Part shown: one piece after another, positions 27,101 through 39,244 of the stretch
How positions within the stretch are numbered: the first letter of the stretch is position 1
Layout of the letters: every line of letters starts with the position of its first letter
Origin: Kudoa neothunni
Lineage: Eukaryota; Animalia; Cnidaria
Assembly (NCBI GenBank): GCA_964304625.1
Contig: OZ199838.1
Location: forward strand, 9,575,245-9,639,244
Direction of reading: 5' to 3'
DNA: 64,000 bases
Notes under the pieces: model-generated
What the model was told of the DNA's origin: nothing
The model's database searches: none
Seen by the model: the letters and a program-made list of their open reading frames with translations, nothing else
Program-made: the position numbers and the translations under genes

Positions 27101-29201
27101 GTATAGATCGGCAAGCCGCCTTTGGTTTGCTCTAGTTTGACGACATACTCTGGCTGCATGTCCCATTTGTTGACATTGGAGACAGCTTTTATTAGCAAAG
27201 TAACACTCATTGGGTTTGTGAACCAATCTTCCACATCAATAGCATTTGAATCGTCTATGCTTTACCAGGTTCCCCGACATTTCTATGCTCCCCTCCTTAG
27301 CTTCTCGTATCACCGACGAATCCTGATGAACCGATTCCATTCCCATTGATATTTGCACGGCTTTTTCCCAAGACAAATTGTCTCCTTCAAGGAGTAATCT
27401 CTCTTGGATATCCTTTAGCCCATATTTGAGACCACATATGAGTTTGTCTCCAAGTGCATCATGTAAGAAGGCACCGAATTTGCAGCCTTTTGCCAATCCC
27501 TTTATCCTTGCGATAAATCCATTCACAGGCTTGTCCTCTCTTTGCATCGCTACGTAATATCCGCCAATTTCCTTGGTTGAATCAAGTCGCACAATAACTC
27601 GTACGTTTCGTTTCCAATGGACATTAAGAATACAGCCTTGGACTTTGGCTCTTTAATTTCATTAGCTATTAAGTACTGTTGGAACCTTTCATAGTAGGAT
27701 TCCCATGATTCACCTACTGCATATTCCTTTAGTGTTCCGTGCATCTCGCACTCGTCGCCAGTTGTTAGGTTCGCGCAAATAAGACACCAGTGAAACGTAC
27801 CAATATGCACAAAACGATATCTAATACGTGCAGTGGGTGGAGCGCATAACAATGTGGTGAGGCAGACCCTACACCCGATTGCCGAATATGTGTATATTCA
27901 CCTTTGGGTATTTCTGTGTAACCTTACCCAAGTTTGAGTTGTGCCGTTTTGTGGTTAACCGCATTACTCACTTATTGGCAATTCCAAGTATCTTATGATT
28001 TTCGTTGATACACATATAGAGCGAGCTCCCAAAACGTGAAATAGTTATCACGTGTAACGCTTCTTCCACAGTCAAGTGAATGGTGTGTCAGATCGATTAC
28101 GACTTTAAAACTCAAACTCGTTTCACGTTTGATGGATGATTGACCTGTATAAGGAATCATATTGGAAACAAACTGGGTTTCGCTGTCGCAAAAAACCCCA
28201 AATTTTATTCCATATTTCGACGGCTTCTTTGGCATATAAACAAGGAAAGACAACCGTCGGCGAAAAGAGTACAACTGTTCATCAACAGTTAAATTGGGAC
28301 CTGAATTGTAGCTCGGTCTACATATGTTGGTGGATTTGTCATTCGGTTGTTGTTCATTGTTTCTTTCCCAGTAGCGGTTGAACGTTATATACAGCAGAAT
28401 TTCTCTAAATCTCTTGCAACTCGCTCCGCAAAGTATCTGTAGATTCTAACTTAGATTTATAGACACCTGTGAGCAACAACAATCCTATAAAAGCTCGAAA
28501 TTCAGTTAAGTCGAGGATTTTCCACCTAGCGCCCCATTTTTCGTCCCCTTTCGATTTGTATAACGCATAGTTTCTACCATCATATCTTCCGTGAAAAAAT
28601 GGTGGAATGTACTTGATAGTGTCGCCGTGTCTACCGAATCAACGGGGATTCCTAATTGGATCGTTTCATCGATAACATTATTAGCGGGAATCCGATCTGC
28701 TTTTGGTTGAGACGTCCACACAATAAATTTATCTTTCGAGATGCAACATTCACCGGAGTCTTCTACATGCATTAGTTCTGGAAACACTTCCTATATTTTC
28801 ATAAATTAATACCTAATATTCTTGGTGGAATGTAGGGACAATTCAATTAGTGTAAAATATATTGCAATCAATATCCATGTCGAGTTCCTCAGAGGATGTA
28901 ATACTTTCATTGTCAAAAGAGAATTGAATTGAGAAATTCGAGCCTGACATTAATCCACTGTTTGCGTAATTGTGAGATTAGATATCAAACAAAATAATAC
29001 TCATTGCGTTTGTTATAATCCTTTTTGGGTAGTCATCGGCTTAGAATAAAAAATTTAGAATTCTTTAAAAATTCACAACTAGATGTAAAATAAAATTTTA
29101 ACAATTTACGTAAAAAAACTTTAAAAAACAATTTTTTTATTGAATTATGCTCAATTTACTATTCGGGTGGGCCCGTGGAATCCAAGGTCACCTATTAAGG
29201 G
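24110..29201 (-). mobile_element. piggyBac transposon disrupted by a Gypsy insertion
   Basis: 18-bp perfect TIR CCCTTAATAGGTGACCTT, with flanks TTAA and TTGA. Transposase pieces at 27993-28900 (YMPKKPSKYGIK, TRDNYFT). A C-terminal Cys-rich remnant lies at 24280-24440 (KRCSLC...CHAC). Confidence 0.88.
24470..27960 (-). mobile_element. Degenerate Ty3/Gypsy (Mag-like) LTR retrotransposon; 3' LTR not found, boundaries approximate
   Basis: Minus-strand gag (WESYYERFQQYLIANEI; GCKFGAFL..ALGDKLICGL), RT (CYLDDII), RNase H (LATDAS; DKEALA) and integrase (HLDFAGP, DNGP, GLAER) with many frameshifts. PBS TGGCGACGAG at 27751-27760 lies next to an LTR end (...TAACA) at 27763. Confidence 0.9.
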
Positions 29202-30688
29202 TTGATTTAATCAGAAAACTTTTATACTACTAAGAGCACTCGTGTCTTACAATAATCGCAGGATAATCCCCAAGCGTGTCGTATTCTTCCGGTAGAAAAT
29301 AAAATCAAAACTTAGTCATACTCCTATTCCTTTTATTCCTTTAAAATTAAATAAATAAATATAAGAGATTCAAAGGCCTTTAATCATTAAATACTATTGG
29401 TTTGATTTTGAAAAAGTAGTCTTGTTTTATATCCTTAAGGAAAAATTAGTTTGTTTGTTTGTTTAGATTAAAGTTTATTTGATATTAAACGACTACATGG
29501 TAATTATAGAGAAAACAAAAGGTAAGAGTAGAAATTACGATAAATAAAATAATTGGGGTTCCTAAAATACTCCGTCCGTCCCGCAAGGGTTAAAAAAGTG
29601 GTTTACTCATTAATGTTTATTTTAGCCGTTTTGAACACGATCAACGTCGTTTGGTATTATTTTACTCTTTTATAATAATGTAAGAATATTAATTTATTAA
29701 ATATATAATTTAATATCATATCCATAACATATATAAATTATAAAATAGTTTTGTCATACATATATTCTATCATTGGTTCACAAAGGTCATTTGAATACAA
29801 CATCGAAATAATATTTTTGTTCATCATAAATATAAAAACAAATAAATATATGTCTAACTGACATTATTATTTTACAATATATTATACAACACGAGGAACT
29901 AAAATTTTTTAGATACATTTTTTTCGTTTACAAGGTAAAACCCCTGGCGCAACTTATTAGGTTGTGGAATTCTGGTTGGTCAAACCTCTTCCATTAACGC
30001 TTTATTTTTAGATATAGTGCAAGCTCGGACTTTGACCATAATCCGTCTAGAAATGTGTTCGAGCTCCGAGTAATAATTTTCCCATGCAAAATAATGAAAA
30101 TTAATTTAATCCGTTACCACGTATCAAATAAATGACTATTTTTATTCTTATTTATGAAATAATATGCATATCTTGTGTTTATGAAATATAACAAATACAT
30201 ATTAAATATAATAATAAAAACAAAATATAGGTCAACTATTTTTGGGTTGCCATACGAAAGATTATAAAAGTTTCTCTTTCGATGACGGTCGCACAATTTG
30301 ATTGAGCAACTCATCACCTACAATTTTATTTCTTCTCTGTTTTTTGCCCCAACTTGGTTTGCTCTGAATATCTTTTCTGTGTGTTCGAGCTCAAAAGTGT
30401 TTCCGACTACAAATTTTCGGTCGAACTCCGAAGTTGCATTATATATTAATTTCATGTTTATTACAAAAAATTTCTAATGTAACCGACAATATGTTGTATT
30501 TTACTTAGTAAAATAAGGTCCAAATCAAATTATACAATATTTTCAATTATATGATTATTAAATTGATAATGATCCTTCTAAGTAAAACTAAAAATACAGT
30601 CGCAATTTTTAAAACCTACCGACCTCTATTATATATGGGTTTCCAATCTAGTTCATCAAATTGGCATACATTAATGAATACACTATTA

Positions 30689-33600
30689 CAGTAGGTGACC
30701 GATAATTCGCAACTTTCTTTAAAGGAAGTGTCTACTGGCCCGAACAAATTGTTTTTACCTATTTAGGGGATTCTTTTTATATTTTAATGATTCAAAAAAT
30801 TATTAAAATGGATTATATATTAATGTGAAAAAAATAAAAGAATTTTGTCTTTAGGAATCTGTGATATAAGGCGTTACTTAGGAAAGATCCATCCTCATCA
30901 TTATTGTAATTTATCGCTGTAAATGCTCTATTTTCTTCATAAACTTGTTTAACATTTGAATGGAATGTTTTTATGATTTTTTATCAGTAAGAAATTTATT
31001 CGTTCCACGTATTATGCAATAATAATTTTCTGATATATATCCGTGTTATATTCATAGTTTTAAATGAATTCACTGTTGTAATCATGTTATTTTCTATTTT
31101 CAATATTTTTGAATTGATTTCATCCATATAAATGATTGTCGTAAACCCAAAACTCCAAATGGCTTCAAATGTCCGACATTGATATTTTTTATAATATCGG
31201 TGTAAAATCACTCAATGTAAATAAATGTTGTGAATATAATTTTTTATTTGAAAATGAATCCAATTTGTTGATTTATACTTAATTTAATGTCACCTAATCA
31301 GGACACTTCACATACTCCCTTATTTAGACTTCGCATACAAACTGAATTTTGACGATACTGGTTGAAATTTAATGTTCTCAATTAAAATATTTAATTGTTA
31401 TTATCCACTATAACAATTTTATTCATGTTTGGACCATTATTTTCAACGTCTAAAAATATAACTTTTTATTGGTGATTCTATTAAAAAAACGTTGGACTTG
31501 GACGTTTTTCACCAAGCCATGTATCACACAAATGTTCTCATGAATTCAACTACATGACTACATGAATTTTGTAAAATTGATTGAACGTATTTGATAAAAA
31601 AATCCTTTTAAATTATTGTAACATAAATACCATCTTATGGATGGGTAAAGTACATATTCATGATGGTATAAGATATATTTAAATGGCATATGAATTAAAA
31701 CGAAAGCTTTTTTATCATAATTTCTCTTACTATCATTCTTCTGTTTTACAATTCATACAACTCTAATATTTTTTCTTGGATTACTTTGGAATTTACGTTA
31801 ACTTGAACAAATAGAGCGATAAGATCACTTTCATCCTTGGATATTTTATTTCTACTATGTAAAAATTGTGACCGAAAAAATTAGAAACATTGGGCATGCT
31901 TTGTAATAAGAATTCGAATTTCTTTTACCAACAGACCGTTTTCTCTAAAATAACGACTACATGTTTTCAAACTTTAATGCATATACAAAATTTATTTAAA
32001 TTTTTTTAAGAAATCAAGTTTTTGTCGCGATGAACCCAGCAGTATTTTGTATGATAAAACTAAAGTATTAGATTTAACGTTTTATTACATCGCTTCTAAA
32101 TTCTTTCGATGGTTTAAGGGTCATATATAGATAAACTATCCATGTATTTTTGTTCGTATTCGTCTATTTTCAACTTTAACTTCTCAAAAATGCTAAAAGT
32201 ATTTCCGGTTTGAAAAATTCTATTAAGTTCAGGCAATCTCATTTCGTAAACACGCGCGTAGTAGTAAAATCAAAATTTTTCTTTTACTATAACCAAATAT
32301 CTTTAAATACAACAAATACATACTTTATGGTTTTGGTCTTGGTCTTGGTCTTGTGAAAAATCCTACATTTTTTTACAATAATTTTGTTACAACATTAGGG
32401 GATGATTACAATCAAATCAACGCACGTTACAATAAAATTAAAACTATTAAAATAAAAATTTTAGTTACATCGATAATTAAAAGTTAAATCAGAACTAAAA
32501 ATGTTCATTTGAATAGATAAATAACTCATAAACTCAATATAAAGACTTCTTACGGTCCATTTAGTCGAAACCATATTACATTATACAGAATATTTTTAAC
32601 CGGTATAACTCGATAAAAAAATTAAGTAAGCAATTGCAAATTGTTTTATATAAGACAACACAGATTTACTATAATAAAAAGCTCGAAAATTAAATAAATA
32701 AATTTGTTCGGCCAATAGACACTGCCTTCTTTAAAACTTTATCTACCCGGTTAAATTTATCAAATAACATGTATTATGAGTTCTTAATTAAATATAAGAG
32801 TTATTTTTTTATTTTGTGAAATAAAAAGTTTTAAATTGCGTAATAACCGATAATTCGTAATTATTTCTAAACGCCCGAAAAAAGAATTCACAAATTCATA
32901 ATGCTTCAAGAGAAATATGATATAATTACATATTATGATAGTCTACCGCTCTTAAATAGAAAGACAGAAACTATTAAATACTTCAAAATAGGTTATATTT
33001 CAATTTTAAATGGCATTTTAGATAAAAGGTTCAAATTAAACAGACATTTGAAAGTCAATTGCTTCTAGCTGAACGAAGCTCAATGTGGAAAGGAGAAGAT
33101 GATGCTGATCAACGTGTGTATGAGCGGTTTGTTTGGATGAACTCGAAAAGTATCGAATTATCGCCCATCGAAATAATTAACAAAAGAAATAAGATTGATT
33201 CGTCTGGAAATGATTTAAAAAATGTTAGCTATGGATAGTTTAGTGGCTTTTAAAATAGGTTAAACTTAAAAAGAATCAGTTTCAATGTCGAAGCTGGCAC
33301 GGTATCCATAGGAACCATTACAGATTATATCACTCAACTTCTTTAAATTCTTTAAAACTATAAGGATCAAATATATAGTGTTGTCGATGAGACCGCGCAG
33401 TTCTATCAATTAACGCCTCGTAAGTGATTCCAAAACATGGTTATTTTTGTTTCGAATAAATTGTTTTACATATATCAGATGAAACCCAAAAGTTCTCAAT
33501 AATATTATTTCCATTATAACGATTATTTTTCGCGCACCAAAAGAGTGCCTTATTATTTTTTAATTTTGATCTAAATTATGAATATTCTTAAATCGATGAA

Positions 33601-33733
33601 TCAATAAAAGTCAGTTCTTCATTTTATTTTTATCGCGCGCACGTACACAAGCTCTTGCGAATTAGACGTCAATGACGTTTAATTCGTAATTTCTCCGGCA
33701 CCGAGTGGACTACGAATTAGTGGTCACCGACTG
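30689..33733 (+). mobile_element. pogo/Tigger-type (Tc1/mariner superfamily) element, old
   Basis: Ends are TA-CAGTAGGTGACCGATAATTCG ... CGAATTAGTGGTCACCGACTG-TA. A CENP-B HTH/DDE remnant lies at about 33050-33425 (VYERFVWMNSK; SYG*FSGFKNR..L....EAG; DQIY..DETA.FYQL.P). Confidence 0.75.
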
Positions 33734-36527
33734 TAAGCGTAATGTAATAAATTCTATACCGACGGTGACAAAATAGAAAAAATATATAACTAAAGGAAAA
33801 TGTTTTATTCTAATTTAATATCTCTATTTGAGCATCTTGCATGACAACGAAGAATTTAGTTGTAATATCCGAAATAACCAGCAGGCGAAATAGCTATAAA
33901 TCCATCATCAATTAAATTTAAAAATTTGGATTCGTTTCACGGTTGGTCCCTTGGTACGTGATTCTTCTTCCGTTTGCTAAAATTTTTCTCTTATTGAGTC
34001 AGAAACTTGTATATTTTTATGGCTTTAGGACACTTGCTTCTCGTTGTTATTATTATTACCTATTATATTATTGAATAATTAAACATTAGGACAAATTATT
34101 TCTCATTTTCAATGTTTTATTTATATGTGTAAAGATATGAAAATTCCCTATGAATTCGACTACTTATAAACACATGACGAAATGGTTTGACAAAGTTTCG
34201 AAATAGCTCGGAAAACCCTAAACAGTGCGTCCCAACCTTTCTTCGATCGCGTCCCACTTTTTTTGAAAAAAAATTTGTGCCCCACCTTCTGCAAAAGCAT
34301 TGATTATATTATATTATATTAACTTAACTTAAATTGTTTATAACATTGAATAATGCCCGCCATATCGCATTAAAATTTGAAAGAAACTAATATATATATA
34401 TTTCTTTTCTCATTAACACTAAAGTTTGTTTGATCTGATATAACTTAATTCATTGATGTATTTTAAAAATTAACCTCTTTAATTCTTCGTTCCCTCAAAA
34501 ACAACATCAAATGGAACTCGTGGTAATCCAATCCCCATTAGAAAAGATTTTTGTGTATACGGGGCTAATAAACCGAAAATAAATAACATAAATACAAAAT
34601 TAATCAATATTATATTAGGTTAAATAAACAAAGGGGATATACGATTCTAAATGGGACAAGATTGAGATTCAAACCATTCTGATTCTGTTCAGGCGAAGGA
34701 CACATTAAATATTATTATTATTAATTTTTATGATGTTAATCGTCATTTAAAAATAAGCAATATTGACTTCAAAGTACACCGTACTGCCAAAATAACTCAC
34801 CATTATCCGTGTCATGCCAATACTCAGGATTTTCCGCGCCGCGCCATACCATACCAGGGCGGTTCATTAAACGTTTAAAAATTTCTGTCCCAACAAAATT
34901 TTGTTCACTCCCACATTAGGATACGATTCTCTATAATAATTATAGTCAAGTTTTAGACTTGAAATGATCATAGACGGTTCCGTGATGAAAGAGGCTATTT
35001 GCTTAATACATAATATTCAGATGTCACTTGTTTTGATTATATTTAATTATTTATGACCTGCCACATCGTGCTCTGAGTCAGATATAATTAAATATAGCGG
35101 ACTGTTAAAAATTAAACCTATTTACAGCCGGTGAATAAAAGTTTCTGGGATTAAAAATGTCCATTACGCCAACGTACTTGCTGTCTATTAATTACATTTG
35201 TCGAGCCTATTGCATCTGCCTTCCATAAAATGAGTATCAAATCCTAACTTGAACAATTTGTAAATCGAATAATGAAGAAACTGTTTTTTCACTAATTTTT
35301 GGGAAAATTTAATGTTGTGTTCATCTATCTAACTATTGAAATTTTTTTGTTCTATCTTGAATAATTATTAATTGTACATTCTAAATCTAAATTTTTTCAT
35401 AAATTCTAACACCATTTAAAAATGTGAAATTTTTTGTGATCGATAACTTTAATATATTAAGGGTTGACAATAAGAATGTTTCCACAGTCATATTGAAATC
35501 TTTAAGAAGTAATAATATTCCTTTGTTTTCCTACTATAATTCTAATTAACAAAGCGTAAAATTATACCTAGCAAACGTTTATAATTATGAAAATACAACA
35601 AATATCCAGAAACAATAAAAAATGATAGATATTATCCCATTGCTATTATAATTTAACACTCATACAAATGTTTGAAAATCTCATTTTGTTTTTTCAATAA
35701 ACATTTCAATAAAACAATTACCAAATTCTCCCGTGTCGTCAACACAAATAAAATTTATGTAACAAAAACATGGCTAAAAGTTGCGTATACCTTCGTAGAA
35801 TATTGTTTTACCTTGATTTTTAATTCGATTAGACATTTGTAATTAAAATTTAATAAGAAAATTTTCCAGGCAACGAACAAGTCACCATAGTAACAAATGC
35901 ACAAATCCTACGCTTGGTTGCTGTAACCATAAACTACTTTCTTAACCGATCATTGCTTTAATATTCTCGCATGTCTTCTATAAAAACAAGCACTCATATT
36001 TTTGTTTGCGTCAATTGCGACTTCAGATGGAAAAGGAACCCTACCAATTAATACATTTCAAGAAAATAAAAGAATTATTGATTTAAAAGTAAAAAACAAA
36101 AAACCATACCCACTAACATTAACATTAGCACTAAGATATTTCCCCTTCTATAGCCTCGAGAGTATTATAGTTAATCTATCCATCTGTCCACGCAGAAGCT
36201 TATTTTCAAAGTTAGACAAATAAATCACTGTCTAAACAAATAATTCACCAAACTAATCTAATATAACTATCGTTTACCAATAATTTTTAAAATTAAGCTT
36301 ATTGGTATATTCTTACAACTTATATTACTGCTTTAAAATTATCTTATTTTAATCGTCAGTAAGTGAATATTAAAATTGGTATATACATGGTCTTAATGTA
36401 ACTTATAACATAACCGGAAAAAATTAAAAGTAACAAAAAAATATGTGATTTGGTGGCCCCGTATTTTGCTGAGAATGATTGCTCACGCAGGTTTAAAGAA
36501 GCTGTTAGATTTGCGTCACAATTCCAC

Positions 36528-37283
36528 ATGGATAAAAATATTATTGTGGGGTCGATGCGACCAGATGGAACTAGGAGGAAAGATATAGAGGTCAAACCTG
36601 GATATGTTAATCAGGAGGAGGTTCCAAAGTATTTGATATCATAATGGTTAATGTTGTTGAAATTTGGTGACTGCAAAGATATGTGATACCTCAAAGGAGA
36701 GTGATACCTTCAAAAATTGTTCAACAACCTAATTCACCTACGTTACTAATTGAAAAAGAACAACAACACAGTCCAATAGGTTCGCTTATTCCGGCCAATG
36801 GTGGCGTAGACCTTTCATCTAATGAGAAGAAACGTCTTAAGCGACAACGAAATCGCCAAGCAAAAGCTAAAAGAGCTCAAGAAAAGAACACCGTTACTAA
36901 CAGTGATCCAACCTCAGTGGATGAACTCACTGATAAAGTAATACTTTTGGATTCGTCATTACTTAAAAAGTTATCTTATCGTTTCAATTTTAGTTTGCCG
37001 CTGTCACAATCGACAATAAACATTCTTCAAATGGTAACACATTGCTCCATCTGAATTTTAAAATCCATAATTGCTTTTGATAGTGGACATAGACAATGAA
37101 AATGCTGAGAAAGAGCTTAGAAAACTACGGAAAAAACTTAGGGAAATTGAAAAGTTGGTTGAAAAACACCAACAAAATGGTTTCTCACCAAATGACGATG
37201 AATTGGCCAAGCTCAATTTGAAACAATCCATAATCGACAAGATATCTCGATTAGAGTCTTCCATTACTAAAACGGCCAACTGA
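36528..37283 (+). CDS. PYM1: Partner of Y14 and Mago (PYM/wibg), exon junction complex disassembly factor
   Basis: N-terminal Mago-binding motif IIVGSMRPDGTRRKDIEVKPGYVNQEEVPKY. Intron 36629-36678. C-terminal EKELRKLRKKLREIEKL...ELAKL coiled coil. Confidence 0.9.
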
Positions 37284-37648
37284 TTTATTTAGAATTTTTA
37301 GAATGTTTCTTTTTCATTTTTGTACAAATTGTTGTTCGTTTTTGAGCCTCCAAATAGATAGTGATCTTTATTGGTTGTGAATGCGCCGTCATTTTTATAG
37401 CACTAAATTATTAATTTAATTTTTGAATTGATGTTGTGTTAAGCGAGATAATCTATTGCTTGAACTAGGTGCTAAAGAGTATGTGTAAAAAATCATTAAT
37501 CCGCACCAAACAAATACCACCCTCAAACAACCAACAGCTCTTCATATTAGCGCCTAATAATCACCTATTATTAGAGTGATTATAACTAACACCCAAAAAG
37601 TGAGTGACCCAGTCCCAGTACAATTGCGATTGTGAGCTCTCGTTTCTA

Positions 37649-38884
37649 ATGCTAAATCTATACCATATCATATGTTTGATTACAATAACATTTTTGTGTG
37701 ATACTTTAACCCCACTAATACACTCAACCCCAATCTCTGAGCTCAAGGTAACCTCACACATGTTTCAAGCTGTAAAAATTTTTGTTTTGTATTAGGAGGG
37801 TGATGTTTACCAACAAATAATAAACAGTGTTGTAAGTAAAATAATATCCAATCATATTCCCGGCACTGGCCATAGTGGAAATTGGCACAACATTAGTTAT
37901 CAGCAATATCCATGTTTTGGTTAGATTTTTTGGGAGATGATTATCTCAGGATAATGCTTTTTCATTATAGATCAACAACAAACCAACATTAGTTATTGTT
38001 TCCTCGTGAAAGGGGCTAATGTTGAAAAAGAATTTTCGATTTTTTCAATTTTTAAGGACAGCTCATGTGCTACTGTACGTTGAATTCTTTGGTGATGGAT
38101 TTCGACAGTTAATATTTAGCTCTTACATCGCAAGCATTATTCTATTAAAATTGGCATTCCTTTTTCGAGAATAACCTATCGTGCCAAATGTTCACAACAA
38201 ACCCACGCCTCCATAGTCCATTACACGCTGACGCTAGATCACACTCATTATGATGCTAATCGAAATAATTTTACTGTAAAGATTCACACGAGTATATAAA
38301 AATTCAACATTTAAATAATGATTAATTTTGAATGCACAGAAATCCCTCGTGTTTATTTGCGTTATGTGGATTATTTTGAGAATTTCTTGTTCCTGTATTT
38401 TGACAATAATTCCACTATGATGTTGAATCCCATCACCAATGCCCATCCTGCTCGTTATCTCAAATGGAAGGATGGCTGTAACTACAAAAAAGTACAACCT
38501 AAAGTTGCATCCTCACAAAGAATTTATGTTTTCGAATGTTTATGTTGGTCTCCTTAGGAATGCTGTCTAGTTAGCTTTAATGTGTCAATTGCCGAAATCG
38601 GTTGGCAAGAAGTCATTGTTGCCCCAAAACATCTTCCCGTGTCTATGTGTATCGGAGTTTGCAATGAGGAAGCTGTCTCATTTGATGTCAATGTTATTCT
38701 GCTCCAACAAATCAAAAAGATGTACGTTTTGTCAACGAATCGTAAACACAGGTCATCCATGAATATGTATGGTTGCTGCAGACCGCTTTCCTACACTAAA
38801 GTGGGAATTATATTCGTAAACCCTAGCAATGAGCTTGTTCCAAGCTCCTTGGATTTAATCGCTAATGGTTGTGCATGTTTTTAA
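37649..38884 (+). CDS. TGF-beta superfamily ligand (9-cysteine activin/TGF-beta/myostatin type), multi-exon
   Basis: Signal peptide MLNLYHIICLITITFLC. After intron 38492-38557 the mature domain reads GCNYKK|ECC...EIGWQEVIVAPK...MCIGVC...GCCRP...GCAC. The middle prodomain exons are only partly resolved. Confidence 0.9.
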
Positions 38885-39244
38885 AAGTTTACTTTTAAAA
38901 GACTATTTTTTTCGTTGGTTGCGTTTTGATTTTGAAGAGCTCCAATCATAGTTTATTCTAGTTTAGCTAAGAATTTTTTATTGCGCAGATTTGTAAGTTA
39001 TATTATTTTAAAAAAATAAATATCAAAAAATCTGTTTCTACATGCTGCCCCAACAATACAAATAATATAACTGCCATCAAAATTATTAAATTAATTTTCG
39101 ATTAAAAAAATAAGAGCTATACTATTTGATATTCTACACACTTTTTCAATGAATTTACGAGGAACGTGCCATACTTGTAAATTAATTACAAAATAAAGCA
39201 TGAAGTGCATTTTATTTATTTGATGAGGATCCTAGCCCAGTTAA

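Noticed and set aside
34223-34930. hAT MITE-like left end CAGTGCGTCCCAACC
   Set aside because: No clear right TIR or TSD.
36450-36527. Extended N-terminus of PYM1 in the ORF track
   Set aside because: It begins at a non-ATG codon, and PYM similarity starts at the ATG at 36528.
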